A stretch of DNA of 64,000 nucleotides from NCBI GenBank assembly GCA_964016885.1, contig OZ024740.1, forward strand, positions 2,170,001-2,234,000. Direction: 5' to 3'. The notes under the pieces are model-generated. The model had not been told where the DNA came from. It did no database searches and saw only the letters and a program-made list of their open reading frames with translations. Made by a program: the position numbers and the translations under genes. Source of the DNA: Eledone cirrhosa (lineage: Eukaryota). Positions 13,505-26,245 of this stretch are shown piece by piece (within the stretch, counting starts at the first letter, position 1; each line of letters opens with the position of its first letter).

Positions 13505-14249
13505 ATGCTAGCGTGGAAGATAGACGTTAAATGATGATGATGATGATGATATATATATATATATATTGGACTGCCGATCGCTATATTTGATTTGCTAAGC
13601 TGTCTAAACGTACTGTGGGGTACTTTTCCCCATCCGAGTGCTAAAGCTACATACCGAATTTGCATTCGTTAAGCTTGGCCGCGAACTAAAGCTTCGTTAA
13701 TGCTGTACTAAAATATATATATATATATATATCACCTTGACCGACCAGTCTGTCGGGCACCATTCGGCACCACTGGTCACAGCACCTGCTGTTTTAGCCA
13801 TATGATGACGCCATCCCACTGGCTGGGCGGGCAGGCCGATATACACATATATATCATCATCATTCTCTTTTCATCTATCTCCATAATTCGCCCTGATCTA
13901 CCTTTTAGTGAGCCAACATTAAGAGTGGCAACCCTGAGATGTGTTAAATTACAGTAAGAGGTGAATAAATGTTTTGTTAATAGCTTCCTGTACCTAAATG
14001 TGAATGTATAATCACTTGATTACAGTAGAGGGGTTCTCACACAAGATTATGTAAGCACTCCACTACCACGTGCAGCAATAACAGGGTTAGTGTTATCCCT
14101 GGATATAGAGTTAGTGTTTATTTTCAAAGTTGAGACTGAATTCCCTACCTATCACCAACCACTTTACAGTATGGACAGGGTGTATTTTATTTTGCTACTA
14201 ACACTAAAGAAGGTCTATCAGGACTTAAGAACCCTTCTACCCTGTATAA

Positions 14250-14281
<32 letters not shown>

Positions 14282-14535
14282 GGTTAACTTTTATCCCAGA
14301 TGGGTTGCCTTTGCTATGGTTTATGAAGTCAATGTATACCCCATGCAGTTTTATTAATTCAGAGTAAGAACACTCCAAATAGTGAAGTCTCCTCTCTGTG
14401 GCTTATAGCGACCATGTCTGACATAGTTTTACACATGAATGTTCATACACACTTATTATATAGTTATTATATATACACTTATGGTATATATTGATATCTA
14501 CATAGAAATACACTAATTAAATAATCATAATCATT

Positions 14536-14870
14536 CATCATTTCATTTCATTTTACGTCCACTTTTCCCTGCTTGCAAGGGTGGGACTGGAACTGATTCT
14601 GGCTTGATTTCTACAGCTGGATGCCCTTCCTAACACCAACCTCATTTACAGTGAGTGCTGGGTGCGTTTTTGCTGTGGCACCTACACGTCCACTTTACAG
14701 TGGAATGATATGGACCCCAGTCCCTATCATCTCATTTCTACAGCTGAGTAAACTGGAGCAATGTGAAATAAAGTGTCTTGCTCAAGGAAACAACACATCA
14801 CCCGGTCTGAGAATTGAACTCACAACCTTTCGATTGCAAGGCCAATGCTCTAACCACTGAGCCATGTGCC
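14536..14870 (-). mobile_element. tRNA-derived SINE with RTE family-2 tail
   Basis: Head GGCACATGGCTCAGTGGTTAGAGCATTGGCCTTGCAATCG...GAGTTCAATTCTC, core CCTTGAGCAAGACACTT, tail CCCACCCTTGCAAGCAGGGAAAAG..GACGTAAAATGA. Confidence 0.85.
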
Positions 14871-15117
14871 TGATTAATTCTAAATCTGCTAATGGAGTCA
14901 GTTATAATGAGGTTATGATTATAACTAATACATATCACATGGACAGGAAATGCTAGACGACAGGAAGTGAGGTATGAGTGGATAGAGTATTGGGATATTA
15001 GCTGGCATACTGCCATATACTTTATTGCCATGGCAACATTTTCTAGAGAAATCATAGTTTTACTCTTAAAGTAATATCATATAACAATTGCTTCTGTATT
15101 CAGTCAGCCATTTTGTG

Positions 15118-15935
15118 ATGTGTTGTTTCCTTGAGCAAGACACTTCATTTCACATTGCTCCAGTTTACTCAGCTGTAGAAATGAGATGATAGGGACTGGG
15201 GTCCCTATCATGCCACGGCAAAAAAGCACCCAACACTCACTGTAAATGAGGTTGGTGTTAGGAAGGGCATCCAGCTGTAGAAATCAAGCCAGAATCAGTT
15301 CCCAGATGAGCAAGACAAGGTCAGCCGACCGGACACTGCCCACAACAGGACAACCTGTCTAACCCATGCTAGCGTGGAAGAATGGACATAAAACGGTGAT
15401 GATGATGATGATGATATATATATATATAACCGGGATATATATATATATATATTATATATATATATTATATATATATATATATATATATCCCGTTTATATA
15501 TATGTATATATATATATATATATTATATCCCGGTTATATATATATATATATCATCATCACCGTTTTACGTCCATTCTTCCACGCTAGCATGGGTTAGACA
15601 GGTTGTCCTGTTGTGGGCAGTGTCCGGTCGGCTGACCTTGTCTTGCTCATCTGGGAACTGATTCTGGCTTGATTTCTACAGCTGGATGCCCTTCCTAACA
15701 CCAACCTCATTTACAGTGAGTGTTGGGTGCTTTTTTGCCGTGGCACCTCCACGACCACTTTGCAGTGGAATGATATGGACCCCAGTCCCTATCATCTTAT
15801 TTCTACAGCTGAGTAAACTGGAGCAATGTGAAATAAAGTGTCTTGCTCAAGGAAACAACACATCACTCGGTCCGAGAATTGAACTCACATCCTTTTGATC
15901 GCAAGCCCAATGCTCTAACGACTAAGCCATGCGCC
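15118..15935. mobile_element. Tail-to-tail inverted SINE pair around a (TA)n core
   Basis: A 5'-truncated plus copy (15118-15415) and a full minus copy (15550-15935) are near-identical reverse complements. Confidence 0.85.
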
Positions 15936-17313
15936 TTCATGTATAGATATGTATATATATATATATATATTATATATATGTGTAGGCAACATGGTAAAAA
16001 CCTCCCAGCCCCACACTGTAAATGTGGTTGGTGTTAGGAAGGGCATCCAGCTGTAGAAAACTCGCCAGACAGTCCTATGCGAGCAAGACAATCACTCTTG
16101 CCTCAAGTGGGAAAACCCCCGTCCAAATCCATGCAAGCGTGGAACACGGACGTTAAACGTTGATGATGATGATGATGATATAGAGAGAGAGTGAGAGATC
16201 ATCATCATCATCATCATCAACTTTTTATGTTCATATTTTATATATTTATTATATTTCCATACTTATGTTTTTATTGTAGTAACAGGAGATTTTATGATTG
16301 TTTTATAAAGTACCATTACCTATGAACATACAGTGGAAAAAAGCAATATGTCTTGTCTAGTGAACCTACAAAACCTAAATTTTGAACATATGCTACATTG
16401 TAAATGTCTGTAAAATTAGGTGGGATTTATATGATATTTTATTTGGTTTCATATGAAAACCTGCTGTTTACTTAATAAAGTGGCAAATTATCAGCCAATG
16501 GAATGTCAGATAGAATACCTTGTGGTATCTCTTCTGCCTCTCTGTATTTCCTGAGTTCAAATCCCGCCAAGGTCAACTTCGCCTTTCATCCAGTCAAGAT
16601 TGATAAAAAATACCAGTCTAGTACTGGGGTTGATTCTTCCTCTATATCTTTCTCATTTCTATTCCCTCATTGTTTATCCTTCTCTGGAAGAAATCTGCTG
16701 TATTCAGAACTGGTGAGGAGATGGACTCTGCCAGGTTTTAAATTGCTCTAAGGAACGCTGTATGTCAATTTGGCACATCTATGACTTGCCCCAGGAGCTA
16801 TGGGCCCATAATAAATTACCAGTAATACACTGTGGTTGAAATAATTCAACAATCCTCTCAGCATCAATATCAATTTGTTAATTCTAATTTTCCTTACAAT
16901 TTTTTTTTCAATTGTTTCTAATATTTATTGATGAGAAGAATGGTGAATGATAGAATCTTTTTAGAGATATTTTTCTTTCTGTTTTTTTTTTGTTCCTGTC
17001 AACTACTAGAAATCAATTTAATCAGTAATACATGTCCCCACTCCCTGTTTTCATTCCAATTTGTGGATTTGTGTCTATTTAAGAAATAATTATTTATTAT
17101 TGATATTTTATTTTTTAAATATTTTTCGTTTTTTTTTCTTTATCTTTATTTGGCAGGGAGAGATTTGTTCATTTTTGTATCTCATTTTACAGGAGAGCAC
17201 TGTAGATATTAGTCAATTGACTCTTCTAACTTATCATATGCTGGTACAATGAGGCAAATAAAAACATTAAAAAAAAACCTTCTGGAAGAATGTAATTTAT
17301 ACCATTGATTTAA

Positions 17314-17543
17314 CCCTTTAGTATTTAAACCGGTTGTATCTAGCCAGAATTCTCTCACCTCTTTCTGTTCAAATCGGCTGTAATCAGCCATTCATACTGC
17401 TGTTAAGGAATTGTTCTCAAAATAAATAATATCAAAATCTCATAGATTCGATATTATGTGAGATAATTATATGAGATAAAGTGTTTACCATGAAAATATA
17501 ATAGTAAACAGTGTAATGTAAATGTAATGTAAATGCTAAAGGG
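17314..17543. mobile_element. piggyBac-like MITE (~230 bp)
   Basis: TTAA|CCCTTTAGTATTTA ... TAAATGCTAAAGGG|TTAA: terminal inverted repeats starting CCC with a TTAA target duplication. Two more copies in the window. Confidence 0.8.
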
Positions 17544-17776
17544 TTAATGGTATAAATATTGTATAAAGTTGTATATAAAGTGCTTTATATACAATGGTTG
17601 CTGTTTTCTCCTTGAATCCCTTGTTTGCTGGTATTAACATCATTTCTTAGCCCTAAAGAATTTAACAAATAACAGTTCACTAAATATTGGTTGTGGTAAT
17701 ATCTTATTAAATATTAAATATTAAATATTTCACCGTGTTTTATGTCATTGAATAAGCTAATCTAAATGAAAATTTA

Positions 17777-17952
17777 CTGTATATACTCGAATATAAGCCA
17801 AAAATCAATAGTAACGGAGGAGGGGCGACATATTCGAGGTCAATATTTTGAGGATTTTCAGCAACTTTAAATTCTATGAAAATAAGGTTTAGATTTTTGC
17901 CCATTTCTCAGACATAAAATAGTGGTGTCAGCTTATATCCAAGTATATATGT
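17777..17952. mobile_element. pogo/Tc2-like MITE
   Basis: TA|CTGTATATACTCGAATATAAGC ... GCTTATATCCAAGTATATATGT|TA: degenerate TIRs with TA flanks. Confidence 0.6.
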
Positions 17953-18849
17953 TAGTTCTTTGTAAAAGTAGATGACGGTTAATAGCACTGAAATACATAT
18001 GTTAAATAACTGATGGGTTAAAAATAAAATAAAATGTTACTAAAGAAAAAAACAAACTAGTTTTCATCTTCCCTCCTTACAATCACTGCTGCCAACTGCA
18101 GTAACCAATATCCCTACTGACAACATTATAAGCTGCAGTATATCCCATGTGTATGCGTGTGTATACGTGTATGTGTATGTGTGTGTGTATGTGTATGTGT
18201 GTGTATGTGTATGTGTGTGTATATATATGTGTGTATGTGTGTGTGAGTGTATGTGTGTATGTGTGTTTTTTGTATGTGTATGTGTGTGCACTTGATTGCA
18301 TTTATCTATAAACAGTGTTCCTTCTCACCAACCTTCTACCTCACACTGTTACTACTTTCTCCTCCCATCATAACTCTTCTCTTTCTCTCTCTTTCCCTCT
18401 CTCCCCTCGATCTCATCAAAACTTCCCTTACTCATCTTTACCCTTCGTCTGTCACATATATACCACTACAATAATAATGTGACTAGCTGACCCTGTGGAA
18501 ATTACAGTCATTGGCAACTAAAACACTATAATTTCTGTAACACACATTTATTATTTTGTCATTATATCATTTGAATTATCAGACCCTAAATTGCCATTAT
18601 CATAATCCATACAATTAATCTAATACTTCTTTATTTTTTAATTAATAGTTTTTTTTTTGTTTCCTCTTGTTTATTTGGATTAACGTAACAAAACACTTGG
18701 CTCTATACACAATGATGCCTCAGGGATCACTGACCTAGGATTACCCCCAGTCCTATCAAGCAAGAAGAAGACCCTAATAAAAACATCAATTAAACTCCTC
18801 GCCCTACAGAATTTAACATAGAAATGTTCATGACTAAACACTGTAAATC

Positions 18850-19140
18850 TCTTCTTCTTCTCCCACTTATTCCTGAGAGGGTCATGGGGGCAGAGTCCTC
18901 AAACACTCCTTCCAGTGGGTCGTGTAAGAAGCAACTGTCTCCAATTGATTCGGCTAGATCCCCAAACAAGACCAGCCAAGCTCATGAATGTTATCCAACC
19001 ATCTTGCTCAGGGTCTACCTCTGGGTCTCCTGCCAGTTGGTTTTGCCTGTAAAATCTATCCAGTAATTCTTTCCTGAGATACTCTAACCACATGCCCATA
19101 GTTGTGATCTCTCAATTCAGAGAAGTAGCAGCTCTACCTG
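18850..19140 (-). mobile_element. Expander/Rex3-like RTE LINE 3' fragment
   Basis: Degenerate RPRGRPRTRWLDNIHELGWSRLGI...QLETVAS; (GAA)n tail; homologous to 7650-7795. Confidence 0.7.
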
Positions 19141-19909
19141 GAGTGACTCTCTCATCTCTGAGCTACACACTCTATTTTGTCTGTAAATCTCTATCTTATT
19201 AAATGTGTTTTATTGTCATTTAATAAGTTAATCTAACTGGAAACTGGGTTCTTTGTAAAAGGTTCTCTTTAGCAGACAACTGTTTAGCAGACACTAAAGC
19301 GCTTACATTAAATAATTAATGATTAAATTCAATTATATATTAGTTTTAAAAAAGTAAACTAGAGTCTTTGCATTCCTGCATCTTACCACAGCCACCACAA
19401 TCATCAGCTGCAGACTTCATTATGTCATGTGTGTGTGCATTGGTGTCAGTAATATTCTTTAAGTAAATATCATTCTCTTTCTTCTCCCTCATAACATTAC
19501 TATTCCCCATCTCATGAACACTCAAGTAAATATCATTCTCTTTCTTCTGCTTGATAATGTTACTACTTCTCCCTCCCATCAATATGCAATTAAATGATCT
19601 TCTAATTCTTCTGCCTCATAACACTACTACTCACCCTTCCATCAACATTCTTCTCTCTCTCTTTCTTCTTCCTGACACCGTTTCCACCTCCTCATCAAAA
19701 ACTTTGTCTCTCTTTTTAACCCTTCCTCCATCCGTGTCACATACGTACAAGCATAATAATTGTATTGATATTGGCCTTCTCCACATAATCGAAATTATAC
19801 TTTATATACTGCTACACTTATTATATATACTTACAAATCAATATTCAATACATATATATTGTATATATATAGAGAGAGAGAAAGAAATGGAGAAAGACAT
19901 ATATATACA

Positions 19910-20215
19910 TATCATCATCATCATCATCATCGTTTTACGTCTGCTTTTCCCTGCTTGCAAGGGTGGGACGGGAACTGATTTTGGCTTGATTTCTACAGCT
20001 GGATGCCCTTCCTAACACCAACCTCATTTACAGTGAGTGCTGGGTGCTTTTTGCTGTGGCACCACCACAACCACTTTGCAGTGGAATGATAGGGACCGCA
20101 GTCCCTATCATCTCATTTCTACAGCTGAGTAAACTGGAGCAATGTGAAATAAAGTGTCTTGCTCAAGGAAACAAGTCACTTTATTTCACATTGCTCCAGT
20201 TTACTGGAGCAATGT
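19910..20215 (-). mobile_element. 5'-truncated tRNA-SINE (RTE family-2 tail) ending in a fold-back
   Basis: Same body as 14536-14870; 20176-20205 is the reverse complement of 20128-20157. Confidence 0.8.
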
Positions 20216-20296
20216 GTGTGTGTGTGTGCATGGATCTATATTTACATGTACTGTTTAATAACCAGGGCTGCTGGCTTATGACTTATGGAAGGATAT

Positions 20297-20725
20297 AGAC
20301 AGACAGACAGACAGGTAGATAAACTGACAGACAGACAGACAGAGAGATAAACAGACAGAGAGATAAACAGACAGACAGACAGACAGAGAGATAAACAAAC
20401 AGACAGAGAGATAAACAGACAGAGAGATAAACAGACAGACAGACAGACAGAGAGATAAACAAACAGACAGAGAGATAAACAGACAGACAGACAGACAGAG
20501 AGATAAACAAACAGACAGAGAGATAAACAGACAGACAGAGAGACAGACAGAGATAAACAGACAGACAGACAGACAGAGATAAACAGACAGACAGAGAGGG
20601 AGACAGACAGACAGACAGACAGAGAGATAAACAAACAGACAGAGAGATAAACAGACAGACAGACAGACAGAGAGATAAACAGACAGACAGAGAGGGAGAC
20701 AGACAGACAGACAGAGAGGGAGACA
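20297..20725. repeat. Compound (CAGA)n/GAGATAAA microsatellite
   Basis: Directly visible. Confidence 0.95.
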
Positions 20726-20887
20726 GTGAAATATAGATATAACTGGAAAATACATTTTTTTCTTTTTTTTTCTTTCTGCATGGGATTTTAAAAAGTAAAA
20801 GCTTAGAAATGGAACTGTGGCCCCATAGTACAACAGATGTAGAGAGAAGACAATCACTATAGGATTATTATTATTATTATTATTGAG

Positions 20888-21890
20888 GGCAGTGGGTTGG
20901 CAGTATCGGTAGAGAGTCAAATCACGCCAAGGTTAGCTTTGCTTTTCATCCTTATGGGGTCGATAAAATAAAGTACCAGTAACACACTGGAGTCAATTTA
21001 ATTGACTTTCCCCTCCCCAAAATTGTTGGCCTTGTGTCTAAATCAGAAACTATTATTATTATTCATTAAGGGCTTGAATTGGCAGTATCGGTAGAGAGTC
21101 GAACGCCATGCTTTCCAGCATAGTTACCTCCCTTTACGGTCTGAGTTCAAATCCCGTCAAGATTATTTTATCGACCCTGTAAGGATGAAAGGTAAAGTTA
21201 AAGTACCAGTAATGTCCTGGGTAATTGCTGGCCTTGTGCCAAAAGTAGAAACAATTATTATTTATAATGATAATAGAAATGGATTAGAAGTGTTAAAATG
21301 GACAAAATTATTGCAGTATTTGTTCTGGTTCTTTACATTCTGGGTTCAAATCCCAGTGAGGTCAATGTTGCCTTCTAAGGTCAGAGGTCAGTCAAGTATT
21401 GGTGAAGTACTGCGATATAATCAACTTTGCCCTTCAACCAAATTACCAGCTTTTTGTGTAAATTAGAAAATAGCAGTGGAATGGCAGAATCGGTAGAGCA
21501 TCAAACAAATGTTGAGCTGTATTTGTTCTGGCACTTTACGTTATGGGTTCAAATCCATACAAGGGCCACTTTAATTTTCATCCTTCCGAGGTCGATAAAA
21601 TAAAGTACCAGTCGATTTAATTGAACCCCCCCCCCCCCCCCACCACCACCACCACCACCACCAAAATTGTTGGCCTTGTGTATAAATCAGAAACCATTTA
21701 AGGCAGTGGATTGACAGTATCGGTAGAGCATCAGACACCATGCTTTGCAGCATAGAGTTATGACCCTTTACATTCCGATTCAAATCCACGAAGGTTAGCT
21801 TTGCTTTTCACACTTCCAAGGTCGATAAAATAATGTACCAGTAAAATACTATGGTCGATTCAATCAACTTGCTGGCCTTGTGCCAAAATT
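20888..21890 (+). mobile_element. Head-to-tail cluster of ~5 Nin-core tRNA SINEs
   Basis: Repeated GGCAG..ATCGGTAGAG heads, GTTCAAATCC B-box-like segments and TCATCCT..GGTCGATAAAATAAAGTACCAG cores, separated by (ATT)n tails. Confidence 0.75.
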
Positions 21891-24784
21891 ATTATTATTA
21901 TTGTTATTATTGGCAACATGACCCTCCCAAAGTTATTATGATAGTTTTATTAATAATATTTTCTAATAAACTCAACAGGTTTAAATCCTATTTACTATTA
22001 TATTACAATGAGATTCAACAATATGCTAATTTTGTTTTCATTCAATCAGAAAATTATGAAAGACAAAGAAAATAATCACACTAAGATGGAATATGGTTAT
22101 AATAAAATTTTGGTTGAAATTCTGTTATAATACCTATTTAATCATCTCTTGTATTTTCTTGTGTCAAATAAAATATTTGAGACAGTAATTTACTTGTTAT
22201 TTCTGCTAACTAAATTACAGCTGTATATATTTACTCTTAGACTGTTGAATTATATTGTCCCATGTGCACTGGAGCTAGTGGTATCGACCTTAAAACCCTG
22301 AAACCATGAGGACCTCGAGCAGTCAACTGATGAGAACGGACTGTCCTGCGTTTTTTCTCTTGTCTTCACCCACCATTTATTTTATTCATTTCGTATTATC
22401 TTAGCCATGTGGGAAACTTTTTCAAATTGATGTGTGTGTATGTCATGTTGATGGATGTGAGAAAGAGTACTCAATACCAAAGGAGGAGGAATGAAGCAGC
22501 CAAATGTCTTCTAGATATTTACTTCCTCCTGTGTATATGCAAAGGCAGGTCTGCTGTACAGGAGACCAGAGGTTGCGATCCTGTGTCATCACCTTTGAAA
22601 AGTTTAATGCTGCAAATTGGGCTTCTACCACTTCATCTTCCTCTTCCATGGTTTATATATATATATGATGATGATGATGATGTCAATTGACTTTAGTCAA
22701 ATTGGACCGAGGAAATAATGTTTCCGTTGGTCTTTCCAATTGCTAATACTTTCTATCGGTCGCAACTCCAGGTAGAAGGAGCAAAGTGAAATAAAGTGTC
22801 TTGCTCAAGGACATAACACATCACCTGGTCCGGGAATTGAACTGACAATCTCACGATTGCGAATCCAATTTGTATAAGAGATATTTAATTTGTTGGAAAT
22901 CCAACAAATATAAATGTTTACAACTGATTCAAAGCACTCAACAGATTTCTGGAGTAAGTATTCAATTGATATTAAATAAATGGAAACTATATTTATAAAA
23001 CCATATTTATTCAATTATATATATTTCAAGGGTGCCAAAAATGTTGGTATGCTATCATCAGATGAAATACAAAATGTTTTATAAATATTTGACATGACCA
23101 AGGATGAGATACCTTAACGGTTCAAGTTATCCCTGGAAAGGGAAGGGAAGAGAGAAGAAAAGTCAGATATTTAAAATTATTAATATGAATATGCAAATGA
23201 AGTGTATATTAAAGGACTGAAAAAAAATGTTATTTTAGACGCTATGGAAAATTTAAATATTTATGATAAGGAAGGAAGAGAAAGAGAAAAGAATAAAGTT
23301 AATTGGGGGGGGGGGGGGTTACCTATATTATGAGTTATAAAATTATATGAAGAATTATGGTTGTAAATATTTTTATCTTATTAGATTAGGATAGGTTATA
23401 TGTATATAAATATCTCTATATATATTAATAAGTTGTGTATGCATTGATTGTTTATATAAACAAATATGAGTTACGAAGGATGTTGAAAATTTTATTTTCA
23501 AGTTGTGAGATTAGAATAATTTGTGGATTCAAAAATTTTCAACATTGAGAATGTTTTCAGAATATTGTTTATTTAACGAAGCTATATAAATTATCAAACT
23601 AAAATTGTTAAAGAAGAAAGAAAAAGGAAAAGGAAGACCACTCTAGTGTTGGTGTTAGGAAAGGCATCCACTTAGAGAAACTATGCCAAACAAAACATCG
23701 AGAGGACTCTTCAGTTGTGTCAAGGACATTACAACTTTCCTAGTACGAGTACTATGAGAAAAATATCTGGTACGCTCAGTAAAGTGGTGATAGGAATGGC
23801 ATCCAAAACAAAGTATATCTTTTTTCTCTCTCCTTCCAAAAAGAGTCAGAGGCCCTAAAAAGAGGTCATAGTAAGTTGCTCTTCTTTCACTAAACAGCGA
23901 AAAATAACAACAACAGATTATTGATATCTAGAAATATGTCAAACAATGTAATTATGAAAGTATTAAATAAATTAGTGGAACCAAGTTAAGACAAAATCTG
24001 TCCTACTTAAACAGCAAAATATAAAACATGGCGCCGTGCTCTCTTCTTTTAGCTTTTCTTGGTTTTTAAATTACAATTTAATAAGTAATTCTTTCAAGTG
24101 TATCAAAACAACTAATTTACTTCACTTTAACTAATTATACAGAATCTATCCATCCATGGGTGATTGTATCTATTTACACATAGTCCACTGTCACAGAAAC
24201 TTACTGATTAGTTCCAACACAACATACCGTTATGTGGAACTATAGAGTGTGGGGAGACATTAATGTGGGGGGGGGCATTAGTGGGGGGGGAGACATTAGT
24301 GGGGGGAGACATTAGTGGGGGTGTGGGGAGACATTAGTGGGGGGTGGGGAGACATTAGTGGGGATATATAGTTGTCTGTATGTGTTTGTAGTATGTGTGT
24401 ATAGTGTTTGTGTGTATGTATTTGTGTATGTGTGTGTATGTCTGTATGTTATATGTATGTCTGTATATAGTTGTGTGTATGTGTTTGTGTATGTCTGTAT
24501 TAGTGTATGTGTATGTTTGTGTGTATGTCTGTATTAGTGTATGTGTATGTTTGTTTGTGTGTATGCAGTATGTGTATAAAAGTGTGTATGTGTATGCATT
24601 TGAACATATGTAGTGTGTAAGTATGTGTAAGTATGTGTGTCATCATCATTGTTTAACGTCCATCTTCCACGCTAGCATGGGTTTGGACGGGAGTTTTCCC
24701 ACTTGAGGCAACATTGGTTGTCTTGCTCAGGACTGTCTGGCAGGTTTTCTATGGCCGTGTATGTGTATGCATGTGTGTAAGTGT

Positions 24785-25250
24785 GTGTATGTGTGAGACT
24801 AGTAGTGTGGTACAACGATATATGTGTAAGTGTGTGTGAGACTAGTAGTGTGGTACAACGATATATGTGTAAGTGTGTGTGTGACTAGTAGTGTGGTACA
24901 ATGATATATGTGTAAGTGTGTGTGTGACTAGTAGTGTGGTACAACGATATATGTGTAAGTGTGTGTGTGACTAGTAGTGTGGTACAACGATATATGTGTA
25001 AGTGTGTGTGAGACTAGTAGTGTGGTAAAACGATATATGTGTAAGTGTGTGTGTGACTAGTAGTGTGGTACAACGATATATGTGTAAGTGTGTGTGTGTG
25101 ACTAGTAGTGTGGTACAACGATATATGTGTAAGTGTGTGTGTGACTAGTAGTGTGGTACAACGATATATGTGTAAGTGTGTGTGTGTATGTATGGTACAA
25201 CGATATATGTGTAAGTGTGTGTGTGTATGTATGGTACAACGATATATGCA
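24785..25250. repeat. ~42-bp minisatellite (GACTAGTAGTGTGGTACAACGATATATGTGTAA(GT)n)
   Basis: About 11 tandem units visible. Confidence 0.92.
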
Positions 25251-25510
25251 ACCCTGTAAATTGGTTGGTGAAAGGCATCCAGCTGTAGAACCCATGCCAA
25301 AAACAGGAGCATGAGTAATCAAGACATGGCTCCCATCTGGGACGACTCTACCTTTAATGATTCAACTAACCCATGGTGGGATAGACAAAACACAGACATT
25401 AAATCAGGATGATGATGGTGATAATGATGTGAGTGGTTGTGTGTGTGATAGTGTATGTTATGTGCGATTAAGAAAGGTGTGTGTGTGTGTGTGTGTGTGT
25501 GCGTGTACGT

Positions 25511-25547
<37 letters not shown>

Positions 25548-25694
25548 GACACCAAATCTCCATTCAGTCTGACCAAAACACAATCCTCTGGTTGGTTTAG
25601 ATTTTAACAAAATACAACATTGAAATACCATTATTTCAATGTTGTTGTTGTTGTTGTTGTTGTTATGGTGGTGGTGGTAGGTTTGCGCCATCTT

Positions 25695-25792
25695 TTAATC
25701 CTTCTTCTTGGCCATTTCTGCTTTCTTCTTGGCCATCATGACAAGAACTCTTCGGCGCTGAGACAACATACGGCTAAAGAGTTGAGGGAAAA
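25695..25792 (-). CDS. HACD: HACD1/2-like 3-hydroxyacyl-CoA dehydratase, last coding exon ((I)FPQLFSRMLSQRRRVLVMMAKKKAEMAKKKD*)
   Basis: TTTTTGCAG acceptor, phase 1. Matches the HACD C-terminal FPQLY.HM..QRRK.L motif and ends in a dilysine ER-retrieval signal. Confidence 0.92.
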
Positions 25793-26245
25793 CTGCAAAA
25801 AGTAAAAGAAACCCCAAAATTATATTAACGTAAGAGTATATATACACGCGCATGCGCACACACACACACACGCAAACACACACACAGACACACACACACA
25901 TATGTGTGTGTGTATATATAATTAGAATGAGGAAAATGTGAAGTTTTAGATGTTAAAGAGTCCTTCATTAATAAGGCTATGATACATATTTCAAAGGTGA
26001 TCAGAGTCACTTATGTAACCATTATCGTGACCTCATCAGACAGCAACATTGAGGACAAAGATCACATTGCCAAGGCAATCCAAGACAATGAACAAAAAAT
26101 TATGTTTTGTTGGGATTGTCCATTCCCTTGTGAGCTTCTGTACACCTCCACTTCACATTTTCCTCATTCTAATTATACTCCGTCATTATTTTGAAGAAGT
26201 AACATGACATTACCGTAAGTATATATATATATAGAAATATATATA

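Noticed and set aside
14790-14870. tRNA-like sequences
   Set aside because: They are SINE heads continuing into core and LINE-derived tails, not tRNA genes.
17157-17250. Possible plus-strand exon after a strong pyrimidine tract
   Set aside because: No recognisable protein, weak donor and no partner exons found.
18480-18620. ACTAGCTGACCC start resembling a Helitron-derived element
   Set aside because: Too short and degenerate; no matching terminus identified.
18078-19420. Possible small minus-strand exons (LIMLSVGILVTAVGSSD; LMIVVAV) with GTAAG donors
   Set aside because: No pyrimidine tract at the acceptors and no homology recognised.
24024-24070. AACATGGCGCC (YY1/start-like) and a short hydrophobic ORF
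   Set aside because: ORF stops after 13 codons with no donor site; may simply be HACD 3' flank or UTR.
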